64,000 nt of DNA from Antedon mediterranea (taxonomy: Eukaryota; Animalia; Echinodermata). Position numbers and translations under genes: made by a program. Shown here piece by piece: positions 40,402 to 53,300 of this stretch. Location of the stretch: assembly GCF_964355755.1 (NCBI RefSeq), contig NC_092675.1, forward strand, positions 27,438,912 to 27,502,911, in the 5' to 3' direction. Under the pieces are notes generated by a model. It was not told the origin of the DNA and did no database searches. It saw nothing but the letters and a program-made list of their open reading frames with translations. Position 1 is the stretch's first letter, and every line of letters begins with the position of its first letter.

Positions 40402-41594
40402 AATGGCATTTTACCATTTCTGTGGCCCGAAAGCACATCTTATTAATACATGCTTTTTTTTCAAAATGAATTTATAATAATGTAATAATATAATCCTAGT
40501 AAATTATGAACTCAAAATCAAATGATCATAAGACTAATACAAAATCTAAGTTATGACTTATAGTACTTCTCCGGGTATTATAGGGCCTACAAATGTTGAC
40601 GCATATTGCTCTGTAGAGGAACACGTAGAGAGACACTGACATGTTAAACTCGGAGAAAAAAGTTGAGTATAACATTTCAAATGTTATCTAGGTATTATTT
40701 ACAATATAACTTCTTAAAATTAAAAAAAAATTATGAATCAACTTACCGCATTTTATATATCTTTACATATTCGCAGAAAATTAAAGGAAAGGTAAAGCTA
40801 TTATCGTTAACGTTAGTAAACTTAACAATAACATACCAGACCATCCAAGCGAATAGGACATAGCTTAACGGATCCGGTCACCGGAACAGAGATCACTTTG
40901 GTGTAACTTCAGTTTATTAATATAAAATTATAATATCAGCGAATTGTGACGTCATTACTATAACTCTTTCTTTTAAAATGTTCCATATTATCTTATATTT
41001 CACATTTCATTGAATTTAATTAGCCTTGTTTTTACCAGTAATTATAACTGATAGACGGGTTAGTTGATCAAAGTTGTAATAGTTGTTGTTTAGTTGTAAT
41101 AAAATGGTCGAAAGAGAAATCAAAATCTACCGGACCAGATGGATAAATCAAGTGATATAATACGGACTAAAAATAGATACCGTACAAGTTGAATCTTGGA
41201 TTATAAAGACTTGTTTTGAGACTCCACTAATTAGTAATAATATGTCTGAAGTAAACATTACCCATGGACACTTTTTCCAAAATATATGACTGACTTTACT
41301 TTATATTAATTATCCAAATATTCAGGAAAGAGAAAAAGGCAAGAGTTAACTGCTTGGCTATAAATTAAAAGGACGTAACATTCCATGTTTAAGTACCAGT
41401 CTTAATTAACTTTCGCAACGGCGAACTTTCTCTCATGAAAATTATGATTTATGTAAAGTCGAATATTTCTCGAATAATATCATGTTATTAGGTCGAAAAA
41501 TATCTTATGTCTAAGTATGTTAATTATTAAAAAAAAAACATAAATATTAACGCAGTTCTCATTAATTTAATTTTAACGAGATCCAGTAAATATA

Positions 41595-41770
41595 TGGACC
41601 AATCAGGGGATCGCATTCTTCCCTGAGCCAACAAACCAAACAAGAAATATTTTTTACAAAAACGCCGCTCATCTCCTCACAATAACTACCGTCTACATGC
41701 ATCTCAATATATATCAGCAAAGAGACTCTCTTTTCCCAGACGTGCTTTGGAGTGTGCGCATGCCCAGTCC
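41595..41770. promoter_or_regulatory. Promoter-like, CpG-richer segment between the kinase 3' end and the second gene
   Basis: CCAAT box (ggaccaatca ~41596), NRF1-like TGCGCATGC (~41755); CRE palindrome TGACGTCA at ~40947. Motif evidence only. Confidence 0.3.
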
Positions 41771-42958
41771 GTGTTTCCAAATACCCATTTTTTCAGCCGT
41801 TGTAAACTATAAGCTACTGTTTCCCAATGCTTCCATTCTCTTGAACATAACTGCCTAAGGGATCGGCGCGAAAAAAAAAGAACTACAGACGTTTCGTGAC
41901 CGAACTTGAGTACGGTATGATCATTCATGGTATGATCTACACTCGTGAAGTTTAAAATCGCGTCTGGGCCAACCGTAATAAAATAAAAATACGATGATTT
42001 AAGAAGTTTTCCTGACTTCCTTGTTTTTTTAATCACCAGAAATTACAAATCTATTTAAGGAGACCCAACAAATTTTGCGGGTGTCTTCTAAATAGGGGTA
42101 TCCCAAAGGAGGGCTTCTACTGTACATAGAACAATTATATGATACAAACTGGATGACCTTCCGACCGAGTGTCAAACGTTGTCTTACTGATATGAATAAT
42201 ATCAGAAACAATTACATTGAGACAACGCATCCAACTTTTCAATATGCAAATTTATTGAAATACATTATTTGTGTAGGCCTATCGTACAGAATGGTGAATA
42301 AAATGTTTTTTTTTAATTAGATACCGTAAACCCTAAAAAAGAAGTCCTATAAAATGACGACGACCATGGACTTCTTTTACAGTATCATTTGTAGATGCAA
42401 TTTTAATTATTTATAGTTATGTACGCAATGAATAATAGAAAAACATGGGGTCAAGCTTAAAGTACTTTACTTATTTGATCTCCTTTCACACTTCTCTGAT
42501 TAGCAAGTACTAAGTATCTGATTTTTAATTAATTTGATTAGCCATATTTTTGTATGCAATGAATAATACAAAAATAAGTACAAGCCTAATATAGTACATA
42601 ATTGCAATAGAACTTCATAAAAACGATCAATTAATTTCAAAATTTTAAACTCTAGTGTGATGCAGTTTCCTGCTTTATTGGAGTATAAAGATCCAGATCC
42701 AGATCCAAAATATTGCAGCGGAAAATAGCAACAAAATATCATCTACAATTTAGAATAATATGCAAAAATCTTCCTCAACAGTGATGAAATATGAACTAGG
42801 ACTTATGATGCTATATAGAGGTACTTATTCACATACGTTGAGTTTATGTTGGCAATTTTTGTCAAGTCGTCGCATCCAATTTGTCTGCTGTGCTGTCATT
42901 CCATCCCACTGGAGGAACTGTTTGATGTAATATCTGCATATGCGAAATCTGGATGCAT

Positions 42959-42976
42959 TTACACATTTACATAAGG
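42959..42976 (-). CDS. Tie-like RTK last coding exon (PYVNV*; a conserved frame continues to TGA at 42896-42898)
   Basis: ttaacag| acceptor; CCT TAT GTA AAT GTG TAA ATG CAT CCA GAT TTC GCA TAT GCA GAT ATT... Confidence 0.85.
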   Translation of the reverse strand, partial: PYVNV

Positions 42977-45900
42977 CTGTTAAAAAAAAGATAATTGAAA
43001 ATGTTTAGAATCACACAATAATATATTGCAGTTCTCTAAATTATGTCTGGAATCAAATTAAAAATACAATTTAAAACACATCCAGATTCTATACGGGATA
43101 TAAAACTTTCTACCAATGAACTCCGACTAAAACATTACCTTTTGTTCCTTCAAGAGACGATTGAGGGCGATATTTAACTGACCAAAAGTTGGTCGAGCAT
43201 GAGGCCTCTGTCGCCAACAATTTTTCATTATGTCATAACTGTAAACAATACAACAATAATTGATAAATTTGCAAGAGTAAAAAACAATCCATTTGGACTT
43301 TCTATGGAGTCAAAAATCCGATTGGACAGAACATTGGACGTGACACAAGAAAGATAAAATTTCTATTAAAAAAAATTTAATAACAGGTCCAGTGTGGCCA
43401 GCAATTAAAAATATCATTACCATGTTTGCTGTAGTGTTATGTACCCTATCCTGAAGTTTTACATGGGGGTACTTTACTTATTTGACCTCCTTTCACACTT
43501 TTCTGATTAGCAAGTACAAGTATCTTATTACTCGGGGTACCCGAGTCTAGGACTTACTCATTTTCTCCTCTTCCTCCATCTGGACACTATTGAGTAAAAA
43601 GTGCGATTTTTAAAGTACTACTCCTCCCTTATTCGTTATAGTATTGAGCTGGGATTTGGCATGAACATACTACAGGGACATGTCCTCAAAGCTATAGAGC
43701 CGGATTTTTAATTTTTTGTTAATTAATTTGTTTAATTAAGAAGCCACAATGTGTGACACACACCACAGCGTTATGTAGTTATATGGTTATATGCAGATTC
43801 TTGGCGTAGTGGTTATCACGTTTGCTTAACACGCAGAAGGTACCTGGTTCGAGCCCGGACGAAACCTTTTTTTTTTAACTTTATGGTGAAAAGAACTGTA
43901 TACGCAATATGATAATTATACAGAGTATATCTTATTTTTATTATTTTTTAAAATACTTATTTTGTGTAATCGGTAATTATCACTTTTACACATGTTTATT
44001 TTGCTTTGTGCTTATTACCATTTATTTGTAATTTAAATGGATTAAAAAACTTTCTGTAACCCACATTTTTAATGTAAGAGGTTTCGTAGTGTAGTGGTTG
44101 TCAAGTCTGCTTAACACGCAGAAGGTCCCGGTTCGAGCCCTGGCGAAACCTATTTTTCTTTACTTTCTAACAGCTTCTTTCGCTGTACCCCGAGTATTGC
44201 ACATTCGTGCTTGTTTTTAATTAATTTGATTCTCATATTTATTATTTCTTTGATACCTGCTTACTAAATTTGTGCTATTTGTATTTGAAATGTGAAGAAT
44301 TAAATAAAATAAAAAAGAAGAAAGAACAAAATAATGATGCTAGACTAAGCACGGAATTATGCTGTAATAATAAGGTATGGTATAATAAGGTTTAATAAAT
44401 ATAATAATAACTACTAAAATAGTTAATTAATTTTTCATTCATGTAATATTTGTTTTGTGTCAATAGCCACCTTTCGTTTACACGACACACTAAGCAACTA
44501 CGCAGCTCCTCAGCTTAACAGTCATTGTGCGCATGATCATATGTTTCCGAGTGTGAGCAGAATGACTTTTTAACTTGCAAGTTTCTTTTTTAACTAACTC
44601 AAAAGTTATTAACTTTTGAACTCGGACCCAGATTCCAGCTGTTGGGTGTGAGTTTGAATTAATAACATAGGCCTAAACAAAAGAATTTGAACAAACATTT
44701 TATCGTCGCAATTCAGCGGTTTCTCCATCCTGTATCCGGCAGGCAACTTCTCATATAGTTCTGCGCAGGTCACACCAGGATAAGGTGTCCTACCTTGAGA
44801 GAGAATTGTTCATTATTATTGTCTGTTATGAAGTTGTTTTTCTTCAAAGAAGAGTAGTGTTTTGTCAGGAGAAAAAGTACTGACTGCAGACAGGATTTGG
44901 ACCCAAGACCCTGGAATGGGTAAATAATTAGGTTAAAACTTACCAAGTGTTACAATTTCCCATAAAAGAACTCCAAATGACCATCTGTAACAAAAAAGAA
45001 AGCTTCTTTAATAGTTTTCGTCGTTTAAACAGTTTTACAATATTTAATATTTCAATTACATTTGCAGTTCTGATCAGTCTTTCTTTCGTTTAGTACTTTT
45101 AGTCCAGATCCCTATGTCAAAAAAAGGTGCCTTCGTGTGCAGATCATGGGGAAAGTGTAAACATTGTGTTTTATGAATATTTGAATCATGCTGGTTATAA
45201 AAACCCATGTTGTCAAATTTCTAAAATTCATCTTTGACCTCTGACCTCAATTTGAATGTTTTGACCCATTGAAAACAAAATGGTCCTATCTTTGCAACGC
45301 TTAGATTAAACGAAATAATTTTAGTGTCAAATTATTTGGGAGATGCATATTTATATTCGTTCTAATGGAAAAGTTTGTCCAAAAATGGCTGAAAGTAGGA
45401 TTTTTGGCATATTTGACCTTTGACCTACATATCATATAACTCCGTAACTAATAGTTGGACAAACTTTAAATAGGGCTCAAATTAATCTGAAGGTATATGT
45501 TTCTATTCAGTCTAATAAGAACTTTTTCAAGCAAATGACCCGAAATATTTGTATTGACCTTTGACCTGTACTAGTAGTACACATTTCTATAATCTCAAAA
45601 CTATTGGCCGTAAAATGGTTGTTTTTGTGAAATGGTTCGAAAAATTTACATTTATATGTTGTATAATAACAACATTTTATAGAAATGTAAAATAATTCTA
45701 TTTATGATCACTAACTTTGTAATTTATAACATCACTAGCATTTGTTATAATATTAAAATGTGTTATATTTGCTGATTTTAAGCACTTCACATGAATTTAT
45801 CAGAATTATGTGTATTTAATATAAAGTTTTTTTTTTTTTATATAAAGAAAATTTAATTATCTATCAAATAAGATTATTTTCAAATTATTATGGCTAAAAC

Positions 45901-48900
45901 TTAATTAGATACAGGCAAAAAAGTGTATTTTTACTTGTATGAACAGCGCCCTCAATCTTCATTTTTTCCCAAAAATACCACATTTTTATGTGGTTTCCTG
46001 AATTGCTTAAATTGAAGATGAATTTTAGAAATTTGACAACATGGGTTTTTATAACCAGCATGATTCAAATATTCATAAAACACAATGTTTAACACTTTCC
46101 CTATGATCTGCACACGAAAATACATCTGGATCTGGACTATTTTGTCAGTACAGAGTTATTGTTAGGTACAGAGGTACAGTAGTATACAAATAATGAATGT
46201 TTATGAGTGCAATGGTACAAATAATGGCACGAGGTGAATGATGAAAGGTTATATCAACGAGGCAAAGCCGAGTTGATATAACCTTTCATCATTCACCAAG
46301 TGCCATTATTTGTACCATTACACGAATACAAAACATTCATTATTTGTTTTATATAACATCTAGACGTTTTTTTTTCGTACACAAAAATGTTTCAAAAAGT
46401 ACTATTTAACGATCGTTGAATAGTGCGTACTATTGCACGCCATGTGACCCACATTCGTCCAATCAAATGACAGGAATTTATATAGGTGTTATATAATAGG
46501 TATTATAACACAACCGATTGTATTATTGTAACTTGATTGGTTAATTACGCATCACGTGTCATTCAGCATTAACTCTAAAAAAAGTGATATCTAATGGTGA
46601 TAATTAACGCACTCTAATGCACGTTCAGCTTTTTGTAAACATCTGACTGATCTGTGTTCGAAATTCAACTTGTTGTGTGTGCTGTCTATAACTACTCCGC
46701 GTCCAAATTGGAACACTGCCTTTTGAATGGCCTAGTTTCCAGGCCTAGCTTGCGGCAATGATTTATGATGGATAAATTGAATAAAAATAGGTGCGTTATA
46801 AAACAAATAATGAATGTTTTGTATTCGTTGAATGGAAATTGATTGTTCTATTTTCAACTAGACTCTGCCTCGTTAAAAATAGAGCAGTCAATTTTTCAAC
46901 TCATGAAATATTCCCACCATCTAACTCTTCAAAAACATTAATTATTTTTAGTATTGCGCATTGTCTTCTTATCTACTGTATTAACAGCTTGCGAGTCAGC
47001 CATTCTATTATTCTACAGCTTGTACAGTACTCAACATGCCTGCACTGCTCAAACCGACCATAAAATACATGGTCATTAGATAGTAGTATAATTGAGGTTG
47101 TCAGCAACCCTGAGTACAAATCATGCAGTTTTTGCACATCAACCAAGAACCTACAAGATCTTAATAATATTGTATTTGATACCATAAAAAATTATCAAAC
47201 GGATACAGTTTGAATGTACACTTACACATCACTTTTGGTTGTGTATAAACTGTAGTCAATGGATTCTATAGCCATCCACCTGAGAGGAAGTAGCCCCTGT
47301 AAAATTAGTAAATCAAATTATTTAGTACTGTTTTTACAAACATAATTCTTTGGGTGGAGGGATTAAATGACAACAAATAAAGTATGCTTTGGGAATATTT
47401 ATTATATATCTGGAAGTGACGAATTATCAAATGCAGGCCTTTTGTTGAAGTTTGCTTCTTTGAAGCGAAACTGTGTGTCTGCACTACTCCAACCATAGAG
47501 ATATTATCTCTATGCTCAAACCAAATCCATATTATGCATTCGTTTCGGCCTAGCCTACAGCTAAATTGCGTGGTACGGTATATAAAACAAACACTGATAT
47601 AATATAGCCTCCAGATCACCTCAGCCAAGTAAATATTTGTATAATATACAAATAAAAATATAGTAAAGTAGAAGTAGCGTAGACAAAGGGTTACCATATC
47701 AAGAGAGACATGATATATTCACATAATTTTACATAAAAAGATTAACATTATTTTGGATTTCAAAATGTTTAATTCAGTAAATAAAATAACTCACTTCTGT
47801 CATTTTAACATAAAGTTCATCACTCCTCGACAGCCCAAAGTCTGCAACTTTAGCCACCATTTTAAATCCAGGTCCTTCACAAATCAAAACATTTCTTGCA
47901 GCAAGATCCCGATGAACACACTAAAAAAAAGAAATGATAATTTCAAATATTCAATCATGTTTTCAATGACTCTGTTGAGTTTATAAAAGTGTAACTGTAC
48001 ATACTCCTTTTTCTGAAAGATGTTGCATGCCAAGTGTCACATCTGCCGCAAATTGAAGAAGATCTTCTGTTGATAACATCGACGAATTGTTGGTTTCAGT
48101 AGTAGATACCAGAGCAGTTTCCAGACAACAGCTGTTCCGAAGGTAGTTCAAAAGATTGCCATATTCAGCGTATTCAGTTGCAACGTATAATACTCCTGAA
48201 ATATCAATAATTGAATAAATTGATAAAACATTTGCACACTTCAAGAAAAATAATCAGCAAAGATGATAGAAATAATAATAATTCCATAGTGCCACATTTA
48301 TTACTGTGTATAATATCCAGTGGCGTAACGGCTGTGAGTGCTCACTGGATAAATCCTGGGGCCCTGGAACTTATATGGGCTCCTGAGCAGTGCTCAGAGG
48401 GGAAAAAAGGCTAAAAATGCCCAGCGTTGGAGGGCCACTAATGGTTCCTAAAGTAAACCAGGGGCTTCGGGCCTCTGCATTATGCCACTGATAATGTCTA
48501 AACTGCGCTCATTTGCCAAAACTGTAAATTTTCAATATGACTGCACATTACAGTGTATTTCAATTTAATATATTATTTCATTAAAAATATTAATTATCTA
48601 TTTTAATTTCTTTTTTGTTAATTAGTATAGGGCCTAGCAAATTATTCTTAATACCTTCATATTCGCAAGCCCCAATAAGATTCACAATATTTGGATGATA
48701 ACCAACTTTACACATTATATCCAGCTCTCCAAAGAAATTCTGTCGATCGTTGTCAGTTGCACTTTCTGCAAAAAAAGATTATTATTATACTTTACATTGA
48801 TTTTGTTGCCTGGGGTTGGGTAGGGTATCACACATTTTCTAAAAGTTAGACCCAGTTTATAAAAACATGTGCATATTAATTATTGCATGATATTTAAGAA

Positions 48901-50347
48901 TCATAATTAATTTTGTTGCCTAACTGCCTAGGCCAAGCTCTAACCTCTTATGTTTGTCTTACGTTGTTGTGTAAAAAACTGATTTTAATTTTCGTTGAAT
49001 ATCACAAACTTACCCAAAAGGTAAATTTGCATCACTATTGCATCTCAGGCACCATGATTGCATTTTCGTTCTCCACTTACACATGGTTATTTTCTTACAG
49101 CACTTTGCATTGATTCATTGAATCTACTGCATGTTCTTGCATTGCATCCTAGTGGGAACCAAGTTTTAAGTACACTATGAGCATACAACTGACCTTTCAG
49201 CATTTTCACTGCAGCCTTAATTGTTGTGCCATCTTTCTTTATCACTGCTTTCATAACTTGACCAAAGTTACCTTCAGCAATTACATTTTCCATTACCATG
49301 TCCTTCCATGGTATTCGATAGAATGTTGGTGGAAGAGAAACCTGTGATTTTGTTGACGAGGTGGACAGGGAAAGGGAGGCTTTCGGTGATACAGTTGAAG
49401 TTGTGCGTAACAAAACTTTTCCCTGTTTTGAAAAAAAGACATTGGGATTAACTTGGAAATGTAGACTGGGCTACACCAGTATAAAATTCAGTGTGTTGTC
49501 GAAAAACTGAATATAAAGCTCTGTCCACACTTTCAAACTAGCTTGACAAAAAAAGTGTATTGAGGCCAAATATGGTAGTGATATGGCCAATTATGGTAGT
49601 GATATGACATCATCATGTCCATATATGGGCACATCATATTTTTTTGTCACATAAAGTTTGGTAGTGTAGATAAGGCTTAAGCCAAAATGAAGTAATCATG
49701 ACACATGTATTAGTTAGTCAACTATCACAAATGACTATAAAGTAGTCTTAAACTTTGATATTTAAAAAAAATATATATACTTAGTTTCCCATTTGAGAGT
49801 AATAAAATAAGGAAATTTAATTAAAATTCATTTATTCTTACTCCTTGGTAACTCATTGATGTTACAGCTTGTTTTCTTTTTTGTGACTTGATTTTGAAAC
49901 AAGCCACGACCGTGGCTAGTAAAGAACACACAAGTAAAACAATAAGTATGATGATAACCACTATTAACATATTGCTGCTGTTGTTTTGGGGCTCCTGGTC
50001 TGCGTTGCTACCACTCAATGTCACAGTGTTTTGATTTGGTTCTTTCAGTGCTGTTGTTTGGATAGTTGCTAGAAGTTTGAATAGAAAATAATTACTAACA
50101 TTAACTAAATTAAAATATATACAGTAGTCTAGGAAATAGATAAAAATATAATATATATATATATCCTACGGGATTTTGTACGCAACATCGGGATTGCCGG
50201 GATTTTGTTTGTAAAGGAGGAAAGAAATAGGTGCTGCATAGGCAGGATCATGTATAAAAATAAAAGAGACAAAGTTCTTGTTTCTGCCTCAAAATAAAAT
50301 ATTTATAGTACAATAAATAGTTTAGGCAGAAACAAGACCTTTTTCTG

Positions 50348-50398
<51 letters not shown>

Positions 50399-53300
50399 TT
50401 AAAACTGCCTCAATATAGATTTATTTTAACGACATGTTTCGGGCATAGCCCATCATCAGGTGAAAAGAATTGTAACAAAGGATAACATATATAAGTCACA
50501 AAATTACATAATAAAACAAATCAGCCAATCAAAGATGTTAACAAACAAAAGGCATAGTTATAAAGGCATGCCTCCAAAAGCTATGGTGTACAAAGCAGGA
50601 ATGGTTGCTAATAAAGCAGGAAATTTAAAACAAAGACATTCACATATTAACAATTATTTACACTTGAAGCTTTTGTCTTTGTTTTAAATTTCCTGCTTTA
50701 TTAGCAACCATTCCTGCTTTGTACACCATAGCTTTTGGAGGCGTGCCTTTATAACTATGCCTTTTGTTTGTTAACATCTTTGATTGGCTGATTTGTTTTA
50801 TTATGTAATTTTGTGACTTATATATGTTATCCTTTGTTACAATTCTTTTCACCTGATGATGGGCTATGCCCGAAACATGTCGTTAAAATAAATCTATATT
50901 GAGGCAGTTTTAACTTATTTGATCTTGATTTTTTTCTATATCCTGCCTATGCAGCTCTTTGATTTATATATATATATATATATATATATAAACACAACAG
51001 GCATAGAAATAAATTCCAAACCGCCCAGTGATACACTGAAAATGATTTAATTAATTATATATATATATATAAATCCAAAGGCAAATTACTGAAAAAATGA
51101 CAATGAGAAATAGGGATACAAAAAAAAACTGAAAAGCTAAATCAAAACGATAAAGTAAAACAGCCAGAAAAATTAGCAGAGCTTTCGGGCAACACTAGCC
51201 CTTTATCAGTGCAAGTGACGGCATTTGGATAACGTCATAGCATAAGAACTGGCAAGTGCTGCCTGGGCGGTGAATGATTGATGGAGACTGAATAAGAGTA
51301 GAAAACAAAGAAGGTAGCTTGGTAGAGATATAAACAATTTTGGAATGAAACTAAAAAACAGCTTAAATGGTGGTTAATATTGAAACTTAAATTTCATTTT
51401 ATATATATATATAATATTAAATTACATAGTATACAAAATTATATAAAAATATACATAAAGGTAAAAAAAATACAATTATACATGTAGATACAGCAACAAA
51501 ATTGAAATAAAGGTTGAATATATTGATTTGAAGCCAGAATTGAAATAATAAATATTCAGACAGTCTACCATTATACCCCTGATATAAGCATTGAATAAAT
51601 AAAAAAAAATGATAATGTATTTTTAATATGTTTATAAGAATAAGGAAAAAAGAACATAACCCCTGACCAGGGGCGGATTGCTATAAAACAGTCTTAACTG
51701 ATGGTCTTAACTCCCCGATTAAAGCCGGCTTTATCTGATAGACGGTCTTACTAAAGCCACCCCTGTTAGACCATTGCTATAAAACAGTCTTAACTAATGG
51801 TCTTAACTCCCCGATTAAAGCCGGCTTTATCTGATAGACGGTCTTACTAAAGCCACCCCTGTTAGACCATTGCTATAAAACAGTCTTAACTGATGGTCTT
51901 AACTCCCCGATTAAAGCCGGCTTTATCTGATAGACGGTCTTACTAAAGCCACCCCTGTTAGACCATTGCTATAAAACAGTCTTAACTGATGGTCTTAACT
52001 CCCCGATTAAAGCCGACTTTATCTGATAGACGGTCTTACTAAAGCCACCCCTGTTAGACCATTGCTATAAAACAGTCTTAACTGATGATCTTAACTCCCC
52101 GATTAAAGCCGGCTTTATCTGATAGACGGTCTTACTAAAGCCACCCCTGTTAGACCATTGCTATAAAACAGTCTTAACTGATGGTCTTAACTCCCCGATT
52201 AAAGCCGGCTTTATCTGATAGACGGTCTTACTAAAGCCACCCCTGTTAGACCATTGCTATAAAACAGTCTTAACTGATGGTCTTAACTCCCCGATTAAAG
52301 CCGGCTTTATCTGATAGACGGTCTTACTAAAGCCACCCCTGTTAGACCATTGCTATAAAACAGTCTTAACTGATGGTCTTAACTCCCCGATTAAAGCCGG
52401 CTTTATCTGATAGACGGTCTTACTAAAGCCACCCCTGTTAGACCATTGCTATAAAACAGTCTTAACTGATGGTCTTAGCTCCCCGATTAAAGCCGGCTTT
52501 ATCTGATAGACGGTCTTACTAAAGCCACCCCTGTTAGACCATTGCTATAAAACAGTCTTAACTAATGGTCTTAACTTCCCGATTAAAGCCGGCTTTATCT
52601 GATAGACGGTCTTACTAAAGCCACCCCTGTTAGACCATTGCTATAAAACAGTCTTAACTGATGGTCTTAACTCCCCGATTAAAGCCGGCTTTATCTGATA
52701 GACGGTCTTACTAAAGCCACCCCTGTTAGACCATTGCTATAAAACAGTCTTAACTAATGGTCTTAACTCCCCGATTAAAGCCGGCTTTATCTGATAGACG
52801 GTCTTACTAAAGCCACCCCTGTTAGACCATTGCTATAAAACAGTCTTAGATAAGACCGCGTAAAGTAACAAATTGAGGGCGTACTTTGCGCGTAGAATAC
52901 CAAATAAGGTAATGTTCGTCACGCTTGTTCAATTCACAATCATAACAGTACGTACATTTCTACGCAAGAAAATCTATTCTAGGGCTATATAAGAATAAAA
53001 TCACCGTTATTATTTGATTTAACACTTAAAACTCGTTCTATTGGTTGTCTTTGACGATAAATAATACGTAAAAGCAACAAAAAGAGAGGTTTAAGACTGT
53101 TTTAAGACTCCTTCGAGTAGGCTTTAATTTTAAAGACCGTTTACAGGTTAGACCGCGGTATAGCAATGGTCTATAATGTAAGACTACTTGCTACGTCACG
53201 AATTATAGCCGGCTAAGCGTTAAGACCGGTTATAGACCGCTTATAGCAATCCGCCCCAGGTCTATGCACACTTGTGATGGATGTTGTTCTCATTTCTATG

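Larger units (their letters stand above)
43529..44214 (+). mobile_element. Helentron/HINE-type element carrying two tRNA-Val(AAC) units
   Basis: 5' TACTCGGGGTACCCGAGT (subTIR plus inverted repeat); 3' GTACCCCGAGTA + GCAC-attc-GTGC stem-loop + TTGT; inserted in a T-run without a clear TSD (empty-site homologue at ~42443-42550). Confidence 0.85.

Noticed and set aside
50460-50852. Two near-identical ORFs on opposite strands (75 and 64 aa)
   Set aside because: Artefact of the 245-bp inverted repeat; GTG starts and no domain features.
51677-52848. CRISPR-like array
   Set aside because: Units are near-identical over all 96 bp with no unique spacers, there are no cas genes, the context is eukaryotic, and the array lies inside Harbinger TIRs.
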